Of a DNA stretch of 64,000 nucleotides, positions 15,737-32,850 are shown piece by piece (position 1 is the first letter of the stretch; each line of letters opens with the position of its first letter). The notes below the pieces were generated by a model. The model worked only from the letters and a program-made list of their open reading frames with translations. It made no database searches and had not been told where the DNA came from. This DNA comes from the human T2T-CHM13v2.0 reference genome, Homo sapiens, in NCBI RefSeq assembly GCF_009914755.1, contig NC_060926.1; one strand, 5' to 3'. Made by a program: the position numbers and the translations under genes.

Positions 15737-17544
15737 AGAAAATTAGAATCTGATCTAGAGATTCAAACACAAGTTTTCCAAGGTTTGTCCTTGTACACTT
15801 TCCACACTAGACCACTTGCATCTCAACAGAGCACTTCTGGACATCATGGTTACCAGCTCTGGATGTAGAGCTAGACAGATCTGAGTTTGAATCCCTTTTA
15901 TGGGTTTCATGACAGTGGAACCTTTCATGACTCTGTTAAAACCTCAGCCCCCCACCCCCAACCCCAAACTCCTGTAAATGTGGGGACTGAAGGAGGTGAT
16001 CTACTTAAAAGCTTAGCACAGGTAGAGCCTGGTAGAAAGCAAGTCTTGAGGAGATGTCAGCTGTTCATATTCTTTTTTGTAAGTAATTCAAAGAACAAAG
16101 AAGTGTATTTTGGGATTTAGGGGGGTGGAATCTGATGGTTTTTCAAGTCCACATCCAGGGAGTTTACTGCCTTCTCACCTCATTTGGAAGATGCTCAGAA
16201 CCATCCTGACTCGGAACGATCCTATGGAAAACTTGAAGTGTTTCTGCAGCACATAAAATCCTGGCAAATATGTAGCAATAACACCTGGGTTAAGGAAGCT
16301 GGACTCCTTGATATACCTTTCCAACCAACGGAGGTGGCATAGTCACCAAGAAAAGGGAAGTGTCTATGTGGCAGCCTTGTGTCCCACTGCGTGAGACTTC
16401 TGTGTTGGAGGGTGGCTAGGCTGGAGCCAGTCATGGTGTGCAGTTCCACACACAAGTCATTGCACTTAAGAAGACCTAGTTTGCCGGGAAAAGGTTTTAC
16501 TCAGCAGATGAAAAGGAGCAGAACCGCCCATGTTGCTTACTGCCTCAGGGAAAATTGCCCAGTCCAGGAGCCCATTAGGAGGCTGTAGCTCCGACATCCC
16601 CAGGTGCTGGCCAGTAAGTAGGTTTCCTGGACTGTCTCTAACCTGGTTTATAAAGGAAGTCAGCCCTCTGGAATTTCTGACAGGTTTACAAACACCCAGG
16701 TTCAGGCAGGGTAGAGAAGCATGCTGGGCAGCAAGGAGTCCTTGTCTTGCTGAGAGAATTTGCAGACCAGGAGTAAAGAGAAAACTCCATCCCTGGCACA
16801 CACAGGAAGCTTGCATCTGACAACAGGAAGGCTGGAACGCCACGTGGATTTGCTCAAGGAGGGTACAAGCATCTCCTGCTCATTGTCTCCTTTGTTATGA
16901 ATGTATGTAGGGGATCAGCCCAAACAACCTGAAAAGAGATAGGATTCTGTACCCATATAGGCCACATGTCCAGGCTCAGGTACATGTGGGGATACAGGCT
17001 CCAGGGAGGCTGACTTGCATTCGGTGCCTGTCTGGGCTTTTCTCTAAACTGTGAGACAAGAGACAACAGTGGGACAAGGCAACAGCGGGAACCCACCTGG
17101 CTCCTAATTGCGTTTATTACAAACGAGATGAGTGATGAGTTCAAGTTATAAGAAGTAGACTTGGAAGACAGACAAGGATGAAGGTTCCCTTTTAACTCTT
17201 TTCTGACAAACACACGCTTAATAGTTAGGACTGATGCAAAGATCCCACCCTTTTCTCCCCCCCTCCCGTTTTCCGGGCCCTGAGTAGTTGGAGGAAGAGT
17301 CTACAAAGCCAGATTATTTTTAGCCTTTGAGGCGAGGCTGATTCACCCCTCCCCTCGCCCCTTCCTTTGAAACGCACAGTCCTTTTTATTCCCTGGCCCA
17401 GCCAGGGCACCCGAGTTCTCTCGGGAGCTGCCCTTGAGCAAAGCTTGCTCAAAGCTGCTCCATCAGCAGGATGTCAGCCCGGGGTCCAGCGAGGAGTATG
17501 GAGGAGGAGCTGACCTGCTAGTATGAAGGGTTTAAAGGAACTTA

Positions 17545-17866
<322 letters not shown>

Positions 17867-18369
17867 TTAAGTACCCGCCAGTTCACTCGTTCATCCAATC
17901 ATCGGTATAGGCAGGATCCTGTGCAACATTCAGAGGGGAGAGGGAGAACGAATCAGTGGGGTGTTATATCCAAGGAATAATTGATTGCTCAGCTAGACAC
18001 AGAAATACCCTTTCTGTGATGAAAAATGCCCTGTACCACAGTTTTCATGACTACTTAAGAAGGGATGGTGTCTCTTAAAAAAATGATTGAGAAATATTTC
18101 AAACGTGAAAAAGTGCAGAGTGCATTATAACTCATAGGTATGGACTCCGAACACCCCTATTTAACTTTTGGCTTTATTGAATTGACTTACAAATGTTTTA
18201 AGGAATAAAACCTTAAAAATATCAGTTGAAGCCCTCCTGTGCTCTCTCCCCATTCCCCTACCGCATTCGAGGGGCCGTGTATCTTTCTAGTCCTTCACAA
18301 GTAGTCTCAAAGCAGCAAAAGGAATGGAAACTTGTAAATTAGCTACTTCCATTAAAAACACTCCTTTAA

Positions 18370-18515
18370 CTTCTTTTTTTTTTTCAATTAATAACAATTA
18401 TAGAAACGGGCCTTGCTCTGTTGCCCAGGCTGGTCTTTAACTCCTGGGCTCAAGTGATTCTTCCACCTCGGCCTCCCAAAGTGCTGGGATTGTGGCATGA
18501 GCCATCATGCCTGCC
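18370..18515 (-). mobile_element. FLAM-like monomer
   Basis: Reverse left arm only. Confidence 0.8.
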
Positions 18516-18643
18516 CCACTTTAACTTCTTCCTCTTCTCCAGGTTGGAAGCATCCTCATCTTCACCACCACTGTCGCCACCATTATCAGTTCCCATAGAA
18601 CTATCTTCTAGCCACCACTGATTACAATGCAATTTCCAAGTCA

Positions 18644-19345
<702 letters not shown>

Positions 19346-19749
19346 TCATCTTGTTACTTAATATAATGAATGGGACATTTCACATAACTTCCTAACTATG
19401 AAAAAGTCTGCTTGGGATCTTTAAAACAGTTAAGTTGGACAGAAAGTTTTCAAGAGAAAGTGTTAGCTAGGCAATATGACACACACACTTGCCCCCTAAA
19501 ACTAAAGAAAAAAGAGTATTAGAACCTATAATCAAACAATGTTTCGTGTAGTCTAATAAAATGCCAAGAAGCTAGCTGCCCTGGGGTGGTACCTCCCAGG
19601 AATCCAGGCTGGGCAGAGGGCCACTTGGAAGGAGGTGGGGGATAGAGCACAGGGCAGACAGATTTTTAAGCCCACCTGAGAAGTGACTTCATGCTGTGAC
19701 TGTTGGCTGGCTAGTCATAGTGAGATCTAATGCAGAATGGGTGTTGGAC

Positions 19750-19930
19750 ACTGCATTACATATACACATTCACTATATCCTCCTAACCTGTGAACCAGGA
19801 ACTATTGCATCACCATGTACAGATGAGGATACCAAGGCCCAGAAAGCTTAAGGAACTTGTCCAAGGTCACACAGCTAAGGAAATGGTGGGGCTGAGGTTC
19901 TGTAACAGGCTAGTGACCCCAAGGCCCATG
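19750..19930 (-). mobile_element. MIR SINE
   Basis: tacagatgaggataccaaggcccagaaagcttaaggaacttgtccaaggtcacacagcta. Confidence 0.8.
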
Positions 19931-20069
19931 TCTTTTTTTTTTTTTTTTTTTTGATGTATATAACCTGGGAGCAGTGGCGTGCGCCAATAGTCCCAGCTAC
20001 TCTAGAGGCTGAGGCATGATTGGGCAACATAAGGAGACCTCTGTCTTTAAAAATAAAGAAATAAATAAT

Positions 20070-20880
<811 letters not shown>

Positions 20881-21970
20881 CAGCTCATGCTTCTAGCTAG
20901 CCTTCAGGATGTTGTATAACTAAGTAGATACTCAGGACTTTGGTAGATGTCAACAGCTCCCTGCTGCCAGAGAAGGACATGGAGAAAAGGAGGTTTTTTT
21001 TTTTTCCCCACACACTTTCGAAAAATTCAGAAATAACTTTTTGTTCCAGCGTTCACATTTTTAATATATCAAAATGATAAGTTTATAACTTATAAAACAG
21101 TTAGTTTTGAGCTTAAAATGTGAATTTTGATCTGTGATGAGTGCTGAAAACTGAAACACTACTTTTTTTGTTTTTTTTTTTTTAACTATTTGCAGTCTTA
21201 GTTTTCCCACTCCAGATAAAACTCAACCTTTACCATGCATGACACATATCTTTCTGGATGTTTTCTGTCGCTTTGAAAACGACTACGGTCAGACCTTGGT
21301 ACTCAAACAGAAGAAGATGTAGATGAGTTCTTTCCTTCTCTTTAGAATTCTGCTCTTTCCTCTCGGGTTTATTTTAACTCGAATCCCATCTTTCTCCCAC
21401 TTTCCCAACCCCCTCCCTTATTCTCACCTATCATCTGCTTTGGAAGAGGGAGCTGGATTCTCAAATTGAAGACTCCTTGCTATATTTGGTTAAAATCTCG
21501 ATGTTGGGTTGAGGGCACTTAGACATCAGCCAAACCACGTCACCCCACTTTGAGTCCTGATGTGTGTATGTAAGAAGCGTGTGAAACATCCCACTTCTAA
21601 TGAAACTTATCTTCCCATTTTTGCATGGTGAGTCAGTGGTCCTCCCACAAGATGAGTTCTAGTGAATCAACAAAGTGAAACGGGATTTAGTGAAAAGAAT
21701 TCACCTGTTATGCCTATCCACTGTAGATAGAGGGATCATCTCCTCCTCCTTCTATGGGTTGCATGAGGACTTCTCAGAGTCAATGTCTGACTGGTTACAA
21801 GAGAAAAGGTTCATGTGCAGCACCAACAGAGGACGGGATCTAAGGAGACCCACACCACTGTGCCCTACTGGGTCACTTTCAGAAGCCAAGTGATATCTTT
21901 TGAGATTCCTAAGTACCTTAGCTGAGGCACCTATAATAAAAGACAAGTTAACAAGAAAGAAGCATATTCA

Positions 21971-22281
21971 GGCCAGGTGCAGTGGCTCACGCCTGTAATC
22001 CCAGCACTTTGGGAGGCTGAAGCATGTGGGTCACCTGAGGTCAGGAGTTCAAGACCACCCTGGCCAACATAGTGAAACCCCATCTCTACTAAAAATACAA
22101 AAAAAATTAGCTGGGCATGGTGGTGAGCATCTGTAGCCCCAGCTACTTGGGAGGCTAAGGCAAGAGAATCACTTGAACCCTGGAGACAGAGGTTGCAGTG
22201 AGCCGAGATCACACCACTGCACTACAGCCTGGGCGACAGAGCGAGACTCCATCTCAAACAAATAAATAAACAAATAAAAAT
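21971..22281 (+). mobile_element. AluS
   Basis: Dimer; TSD aagcatatt. Confidence 0.95.
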
Positions 22282-22341
22282 AAGCATATTAACTTATTTA
22301 ATATATTTGATGTAGCATGCGGCCTTCAGAAATGAAGAACC

Positions 22342-22643
<302 letters not shown>

Positions 22644-22649
22644 AAATGA

Positions 22650-22980
<331 letters not shown>

Positions 22981-23190
22981 AAGCTTGTGTTTTTTTATGT
23001 TTAGGTTTGATGAAGAGTGGACAGTCACTGAGAGGTATGATTGGACAAAGGGGATATGACCTAATAGTAATCAACTGGGGGGAATTTAGCAAGATTCGTT
23101 TGTTCAAATTCTTCTCTGTGTCTCTGTGTCTTCAGGGATAAGGACATTTCTTTCCTTCAGGCATAGGGAGGGCACCTCTGAAATTAGGGT

Positions 23191-23430
23191 ATTTATTTAC
23201 TTATTTTGTGACAGAGTCTCACTCTGTTGCCCAGGCTGGAGTACAGTGCTCACTGCAACTCTGCCTTCCTGGCTCAAGTGATCCTCCCACCTTGCCACCA
23301 TGCTCAGCTAATTGTTTAACATTTTTATAGAGATGAGGTCTCACGATGTTACCCAGGTTGGTCTTGAACTCCTGGGCTCAAGTGATCCTCCCACCTCGAC
23401 CTCCCATAGTGCAAGCTGCCTCGTCTGGCC
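23191..23430 (-). mobile_element. AluJ with internal deletions
   Basis: Reverse Alu arms; degenerate TSD tgaa(at)tagggt / tgaatgagggt. Confidence 0.85.
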
Positions 23431-23459
23431 TGAATGAGGGTTTTATGACCTATCAACTA

Positions 23460-23756
23460 CTTTTTTTTTAAGACGAGATTTTGCTTTGGTGCCTAGGCTG
23501 GAGTGGAGTGGCACCATCAAAGCTGCAATGTGCAGCCTTGACCGTATGGGCTCAAACAATCCTCCAACCTTAGCCTCCGGAGTAGCTGGGACCATAGATG
23601 TGCACCACCATGCTTGGCTAATTTTTTGATTTTTTTGCAGAGTCAGGGTCTCACTATGTTGCCCAGGCTGGTCTTGAATTCACGGCCTCAAGCAGTCCTC
23701 CTGTCTTGGCCTCCCAAAATGCTGGGATTACAGGCGTGAGCCACTGCACCTGGTCC
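23460..23756 (-). mobile_element. AluJ
   Basis: Reverse dimer; TSD ttatgaccta. Confidence 0.9.
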
Positions 23757-24430
23757 TTATGACCTACTTTAGGGGAATGTAAGCACATCCTTTTCCGGTC
23801 TGTTTCAGGGGAGAAGGTCAAGAAAAGGTCAGAGAGACCTTCCAGCTTCTGCTGTTTTCTCAAATGCCAAGGTGCCATATTTTGGGGTAGTGTGTTCTGA
23901 ACCCCATCACAATAAAATGATGAGTTATTGCGTTGGCCACCCCTACGCAGAACCTTCTGAGAAGATTTATGAAATGCATCTCAGGAACATCCTAGGGTTG
24001 GGGGAGAGGAAATGGGGAAGCATTTATCCTTTGCTCCCAGGCCCCCATGGGCAAAGATTGCCCCATAGGCATCAATACACCTGTATTTGCCTTGTCTAGG
24101 GCAGGGTGTGGGGAAAGCCAGGGGCATGATCCTTACATAAGCTTGTTGGTTACATAATGTCACTTCAACAATGCCTGGTATCTTGCTGAAGAAATGGCAA
24201 ACTATTTTTAACCTCTTGGGACTTGCATCCTGGGACTTGCCTTCCTATAGCCCTGGCTATAAAACTCTAGGTGGCCCAATGTAAGGCTGGTAAGAATGGT
24301 GGTTGTGGAATTTCTATTTGAAAGGAGCCTTGGGGCAGCCATCTGTTTGGGACTTGGCGTAGGCTGTGAAGAACAGACATTGTGTTTACTTAGATTGTAT
24401 GTGTATTTAGGGCATGCTGAAGGAATATGA

Positions 24431-24917
<487 letters not shown>

Positions 24918-26124
24918 TAAAAACAAAAAGGGTAAGGTTCTTCTTGAGCACATTCTGCCTGAGGTAGCCCAGAATCTTCAAGGCTTTCCACGCCTGATTG
25001 CTCCTTACAAAATGGTGCCGAGTATTTGGCTGGGCTCTCTCTCTTTCTTATCCAGTGTGCCAATCTCTCCTGCCCACGCCCTCACTGGGGTGAAGGGTGA
25101 AGGTAAGCAAAGAAGAAATCCTGTCCCAGCACAGGAGCTGTAAATGAGGTCTCAATTGCCAAGGCTTCAGGGAAATGTCTTCAGCCCCCTAAGTATGTGA
25201 AACTCCCGAGTTCCAAGTGGTGTGATCCAAGCACAACAGTAAGACTGGCAGTTACACAGTGTCTTCTGGTGCCAAGTTTTCAGACTGGGGAGCCACAGCG
25301 GTCACATGCGTCATCTTACTCAATCAGCCCTCTTAGACCTGCAAGAAAGGTGACTTGTTCAGTATGTGGTTTGTATACTTTATCCATGTCTTGGCTTGAA
25401 AAGTAGTCGTGAATTACCATGTATCTACAATCCTCAGCTATTGTCTCTTGAACCATGGTTTCCCTCCTGGTAAACATCTTTTTCAATCACCCCCTTTGAC
25501 TCCCCAGTTGTTCTGACCTGAGGAAAGGTGGGGGAGGCAGAGTGATGAAGAGAATCACCTGGTATGTCCTGGCTTTATGGCTTTGCTCATGTGCCTCTCC
25601 CCTTTCGTTTTCCCTCCCCAGCTCTGCTCCTAGCCAGCAAACTCCCCTCATTCTCTAAGCCTTACTTTTCCAGGGCAGCTGTCCACTCCAGTTCCCAGGG
25701 GCCACCTTCTCTGAAAACATGGCACTTCTCTGCTCAACGCACTTGGCCATGAATCAGTTGAGCCTGATGGAAGCTCTGGTCTTGTCATTTATCTTTCCAG
25801 GCACTTCTACCTTATCTTTGTCCCTCTCCCACACCCTCTAGTAGATTGTAAGCTCCTCGAATTTGCTTTAATTTGTGACCTCCACAGGTCCTAATTCAGT
25901 GTCTTAGACATAAGAGGAATCAATAAATGAACAGAAAAAAGGTACATGACAGTCTGGGGAAGGACACTCTGATGGCCCCTGTCTCCACTGGGTCTTAAAC
26001 ATGTTTGAGAAATTGGCTGATCTCTAGCATCCAATAATGAACACTGTACCAGTGCTTGTCAAGTTTGCTTGCTACCATCTTCCTTCCTTTCACACCATGA
26101 TTGAATACCCTATCTGACATGCAG

Positions 26125-26335
26125 TCATTAAGAGTGTGAACTTCAGAGAGAGACCACCTTGGTTCAAATCCCAGCTCTTCTATGTGACCTTGGGCAAGTG
26201 ACTTAAGCTCTCTGAGCTTCATTTTTCTCATTTGTAAAATGGGGATAATAATAATAGTGGTGGCCTCTTAGGGTTGTCATGCAGATAAGATGAGGTAATT
26301 CACAGAAAGCATTTGGCAGTGTGAGTTCTCAGAGA
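26125..26335 (+). mobile_element. MIR SINE
   Basis: ggttcaaatcccagctct...gtgaccttgggcaagtgacttaa...tgtaaaatggggataataata. Confidence 0.9.
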
Positions 26336-26400
26336 AATATGGTTTTTGGCTGTCTGTGGGGAGCTCACCATCCAACAGGAAAATACACATTAATGCAACT

Positions 26401-26800
26401 ATGTGTTTTAAGTTGGATGCCCTCAGAAACTGATCTGATGATACAGATTTGAGTGCAAATCGTGTATTTGAGAGGCGACCCCAGGAGGCACAGGTAAGAA
26501 AGAGGGGAAGTGAGACAGTACAGGATACGTTAATGAGCAGGTTCCCACTGTGGGCCCTCAGGTTCATTCCTGCTGGGGACCTCTGGGAGACTGCAGAGAG
26601 AAACCTCAGAGTTGTCTCTCCTCTTGCCAAGGGCAAGAAAGTTGGGGTCTTTTTCATCACCTCCTGTTACTCATTGCTTGAGGGTTGCTCCCAAAGGGTT
26701 TCCTCCCCTGTGCTTTCAGGACAGTCTCCCCAGGCAGCCAAAGACAGTTCTTAGACCATGACTCAAAGATACTTGCAGAAGAAAGCCTGGGGTCAGGGTC
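26401..26800 (-). mobile_element. ERVL solo LTR (LTR33-like)
   Basis: gatttgagtgcaaa...ggggaagtgagacag...ctggggacctctgggagactg; homologous to 62250-62700. Confidence 0.65.
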
Positions 26801-27704
26801 ATGGTCCCACTGGACCCTGTGCTGGGGGGAATCTCTGGATGGGGCATCGACTGTGACAGCCCTTGTTCTGAGTTCTGCTGTTATCCATAAGAGTTGGTGG
26901 AGAAAAATTGTAACCTTTCTGAGGTTGTTCAAGGGGAAGGTTTAGGTATGGGAGCATATGCTTCTGAAGAAAACCCTGCTGCCTCTTTAACGACTTGATT
27001 GTCAAGTGGCATCTCTGAAATCTCAGCGCCCACCAAGCTCTTTCAGCACTGAGGGTCAGCTCTGGAAGTGCAGAGACTGTTGCCTGCACTCGCTCGAGGG
27101 GAGGGCCCCACCCTCATTATCTCACTGGGATTTTATGACCCTGCTGTGTGAGCAGCAGTGCACAGCTGGGGCAGGAAAGAGCAACCTCACAGATTCAAAA
27201 AGGATAATGCTGCTTCCCGCACCTTCCCCACTTTTCAAAACTGGAAATAGCAGAGGCAAGGGGAAAAAATGTGCAGAAAGCACAGCAAATTGGGGGAAAA
27301 GCTGTTGCAGTTTTGCCTTTGTATGTTCCTCATTAAGGTTTGCCTTTTTCCTGCCATGATTGTCTCCAGAACTTATGGTTGAAAGGAAATGGGCTTGTGA
27401 GTAAAGCTGGAGAGAAATCAAGAAGTTATACTGAAATAGTAGTGGCAAAAAAAAAAAAAAAGATGAAGTCAAGAAGTATTCGTTATTCCACAGGGAGATT
27501 TAGGGGGCCCATGGGGGTCTCATAGCAAGTGTGACTTCTAGACATAGCCAGACCAGGAAGTACAAGACAAAGTGACTTAAAGGTGCTTGTAAGAAACCCC
27601 CAGGCTCACAATTCTTCACACCTCATACTCACACCTACATCTTTTCCCTCCTGGTTCATTTAAAGCTTATTTTAGCTTTTAGTTTTAGGTAATTTCATAC
27701 CTGC

Positions 27705-27863
27705 AGTTTTGATTTTTATTTATTTTTATTTACGTTTTGTTTCTCAGAGACAGAGTCTCATTTTGTTGCCTAGGCTGCTCTTGAACTCCTGGCCTGAAGT
27801 GATTCTCCCACCTTGGCCTCCCAAAGTGTTGGTATTACAGGTGTGTACCACTGCGCCAGGCCT
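27705..27863 (-). mobile_element. FLAM_C-like monomer
   Basis: Reverse left arm with T-rich tail. Confidence 0.8.
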
Positions 27864-27897
27864 GATGTTTTACATTCATCTTTGCCTCTATCCGTGA

Positions 27898-28422
27898 GTG
27901 TACTGGGTTGAGTAGTGTCTCCCCAAAATTCATGTCCACACAGAACCCCAGAAAGTGGTCTTATTTGGAGATAAGGTCTTGCAAATTTGTTAGGTGGGTG
28001 CAAAAGTAATTGCAGTTTTTGCCATTGAAAGTAATTGCAAAAACCGCAATTACTTTTGCACCAACCTAATAATTAGTCAAGATGAAATCACGCTGGATTA
28101 GGGAGGCCCTAAATCCAGTATGGTTAGTGTCTGATAAGAAGAGGGAAGTTTGGACACAGAGACACAGAAACACAGGGAAAGAGGCCATGTGAAGGTGGAG
28201 GCAGAGATTGGAGTGGTGTAGCTGCAAGCCAAGCAGTGCCAAGGTTTGCCAGCCACCCTTAGAATCTAGGAAGAAGCAAGGAAAGATTCTTCCCTAGACC
28301 CTTCAGAGGGAGTGTGGGCTTGCCAACAGCTTGCTTTCTGACTTGTAGCCTCTAGAACTGTGAGAAAACACATTTCTGTTGTTTGAAGTCACCCAGTTTG
28401 ACAGCTCTGGGAGAGTAATCCA
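27898..28422 (+). mobile_element. MaLR solo LTR (MLT1C-like), interrupted by MADE1
   Basis: tgtactgggttgagtagtgtctccccaaaattcatgtcc...gaggcagagattggagtg...gcctctagaactgtgagaaaa. Confidence 0.85.
27990..28069. mobile_element. MADE1 (Hsmar1-derived 80-bp MITE)
   Basis: Exactly 80 bp: ttaggtgggtgcaaaagtaattgcagtttttgccatt-gaaagt-aattgcaaaaaccgcaattacttttgcaccaacctaa; 37-bp TIRs; TA at right flank, TG at left. Confidence 0.95.
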
Positions 28423-28774
28423 GAGTAGAAGCCACCTGAGGGCAAGGATGATGGTTTATTCACCTTATGCCTCTCTGCAGTGTTTAGTTCCAAACATGGC
28501 TGACTCAAGATGTTAAACGGAGCTTCATAAAAAGATGTTACTGGAAGGTATGGCTCTTTCTAGCCTGACTGCTGTCACAGCTGTAGAAATGAGGTTGTCA
28601 ATCTGAGAGCAGGGCTCAGGGGTTTGGAGACTAGGTAGTTTCCTCTTGGGAGGACATGACAGTATTGGGGAAGGGAAACACTCAAGATGGTGACCCAGGA
28701 CCTCCTGAATCTGTCTCCCAATTGTGGCTAGAGCTGGCCTGGTTTCTGGGCCCCCACATCTAATTATGTGGATT

Positions 28775-29090
<316 letters not shown>

Positions 29091-29314
29091 TCAGATGCTC
29101 CTTCTACGAGCGGGGGCAAATCCTTGGGCATCCGAGGTCCTGACCGTGGATTACCCCAGCTGGTCTCCAGAGGACTTCTGAGTATCACCATGGGTGGGGA
29201 CAAGAGGGTAGTGGGTTGGGGTTGAAGTCGACTTTAGCAAATAGCTCATTGTTCTCTTTCACCCTTCTGTGAAAGAGGATCAGAAGTTCAGGGCATGGCT
29301 CTAAGGAAGTTCCT

Positions 29315-29675
29315 GGCAGCTCTGTTTAGAGTAGCAAGATTTTGGAAATGACCCAAGTGTCTGACAATAGATGATTGGTTAGATAAGGTATGGGTTAGCC
29401 AGACGTTGGAATTTTATTCAGCCACTAAAAATGATGTCGTAGATGATTGTTTATTGACATGATAGGAGGATATCCTGTATGGAAAACACATATAATATTT
29501 TACACTTATGATATGTGCAAGATATATGTATGCAGGCATAGGAAAAAATCTACAAGGGCATAAGAGCAAGGTCTTAACAAGAGTTTTCTCTGGTTAGATA
29601 ATGGATGATTTTTTTCCTCTTACGGTTGGGGGATATATTTTTGTAATATAAAACCAAAGTTATTTTTGTTTTAAG
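29315..29675 (+). mobile_element. Degenerate L1ME-type 3' fragment
   Basis: gtagcaagattttggaaatgacccaagtgtctgacaatagatgattggttagataa. Confidence 0.6.
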
Positions 29676-29685
29676 AAATGCTCCT

Positions 29686-29980
<295 letters not shown>

Positions 29981-29996
29981 AAGAAATGCTCCTGCA

Positions 29997-30424
<428 letters not shown>

Positions 30425-31222
30425 TCAGCAGAGAGTCATGGCAGCAACGCAGAGAAAACCTCGTTACCGGGGCAGATGTGAAGTTTACCAGAAGCTTTTC
30501 CAGCCCCTTGGGCACCACCTCTTTGGTGCTGAGAATGGCTGAGCTCACCTGAGATGGTTTCCTTCCTTCTCTGCCCTTTCCACTGTGCAGGGTGGCTGGG
30601 ACTTCCCTGACCTCCACCAACCCTGACCTTCCAACCTTGAGTCTACCTTGGATTCTCTCTATTCAGTCTCATCTTGCTTGAAATACTAAACCATATCCCA
30701 TGTCTCCAAATATTGATTTTTAAAAGCTATATTGTTCCACTGCACTTCAACTCAGCCAACATTTATTTTACTGCTTATTTTGTGCCAGGCACTGAGGCAA
30801 GCTCTTGGGTAATAATGATCACCAGGACAAGGGTCTATGGCCAAGAAGGGATTGGAGCTAATGGAGCATCTATTAGGTGCCAAGCCCTTTGCTGAGGACC
30901 TTGTATACATTCTCACTTTTAATTTAATCTGTACAGGAATCCTTTGAGTGAGCACTAATATTTTTATGGTACAGATGAAAAATGAGGGTTAGAGAAGACT
31001 CACTACTTGTTTAAATAGTGATGGGGGATTTTAAACCCAGTTCTGTCTGACTCTACCACTGCTATTCCTACTACCACTCTACTCTAACTGCCTTAGAGCC
31101 CAAAGTTGTTTCCTTTACACAGTGCTCAGTTAGCAATAAATAATAGTTTGCTTAACTATTCCTTGCTTGGAACAGCTAGGTATTTTTAAGTATTTCCATT
31201 ATTATAAGAAGACCCTGCTCTA

Positions 31223-31578
<356 letters not shown>

Positions 31579-31709
31579 TTCTTACATATACATAGACATC
31601 ATGAGTGTGTGAGAAAGAAAAGATGGAAAGAAAATACGCTAAACATTAAACAACAGTTACACAAGGGAAATAGATTGGGCATGGGAGACATGAGAAAAAA
31701 AACTTTTAG

Positions 31710-32850
31710 TTGAAAAAATAGACAAATTTTTAAGAGAAGTTTTAGGCTCACAGCAAACTAGAGTAAGAAGGTACAGAGATTTTCCATATACCTCCTGTCC
31801 GCACATATGCCCAGTCTCCCCCACTATCAAAATCTGCACCAAAGTATACATTTGTTACAATTGGTCAAACTACATTGCACATTATTATCACCCAAAGTCC
31901 ATAGTTTACCCTAGGGTTCACTCTTTGTGCTGTACATTCTGTGCATTGGAACAAATGTGTAATGACATGCATCCACCATTACAGAATCATACAGAGTAGC
32001 CTCACTGCCCTAAAAATCCTGTGTGCTCTGCCTATTCATCCAGGCAACCCCCCCGCCCCAGCTCCTGGCAACCATTGATCTTTACTGTCTCCGTAGTTCT
32101 GCCTTTTCTAGAATGTCATATAGTTGGAATCGTACAGTATGTAGACTTTTCAGATGGGCTTTGTTCATTCAGTAATATGCATTTAAGATTGCTCCATGTC
32201 TTTTCATGGCTTGATAGCCCATTTCTTTTTAGCATTGAATAATACTCCATTGTCTGGATGTACCACAGTTCATCTATTCACCAACTGAAAGTCATCTTGG
32301 TTGCTTCCGAGTTTTGGCAATTATGAATAAAGTTGTTATAAACATTCACGTGCAGGTTTTTGTGCGGACATGTTTTCAACTCATTTGGGTAAATACCGAG
32401 GAGCACGATTGCTGGATCATATGGTAAGAGTATGTTTAGTTTTGTAAGAAACTGCCAAACTGTCTTTCAAAGTGGCGGTACCATTTTGCATTTCCACATG
32501 CAATGAATGAAAGTTCCTCTTGCTGTTCATCCTTGCCAGCATTTGGTGGTGTTACTGTTTTGGTTTTTAACTATTCTGATAGGTGGGTAGTAGCATCTTA
32601 TTGTGTTTTAATTTGAAATCCCCTGATGCACATGATGTTGAGCATCTTTTCATGTGTATGTTTTCCATCTGATATCTTCTTTGTTGAGGTGTCTGTTTAG
32701 GTCATTTGGTTATTTTAAAAAATTGGATTGTTCATTTTCTTATTGTTGAGTTCTTTGTATATTTTGGATAACAGTCCTTTATCAGATATATCTTTTTAAA
32801 ATAATTTCTCCCACTTTGTGACTTCTTCTCATTCTCTTGAGAACTTTCTG
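31710..32850 (-). mobile_element. L1MC-type 3' end (about 1.1 kb)
   Basis: ttttaggctcacagcaaa...gtacagagattttccatatacc 3' terminus followed by L1 3'UTR/ORF2-end sequence. Confidence 0.85.

Noticed and set aside
21132-21160. Possible C/D-box snoRNA (GTGATGA...CTGA)
   Set aside because: Box C and D are only a few nt apart, with no terminal stem or guide region.
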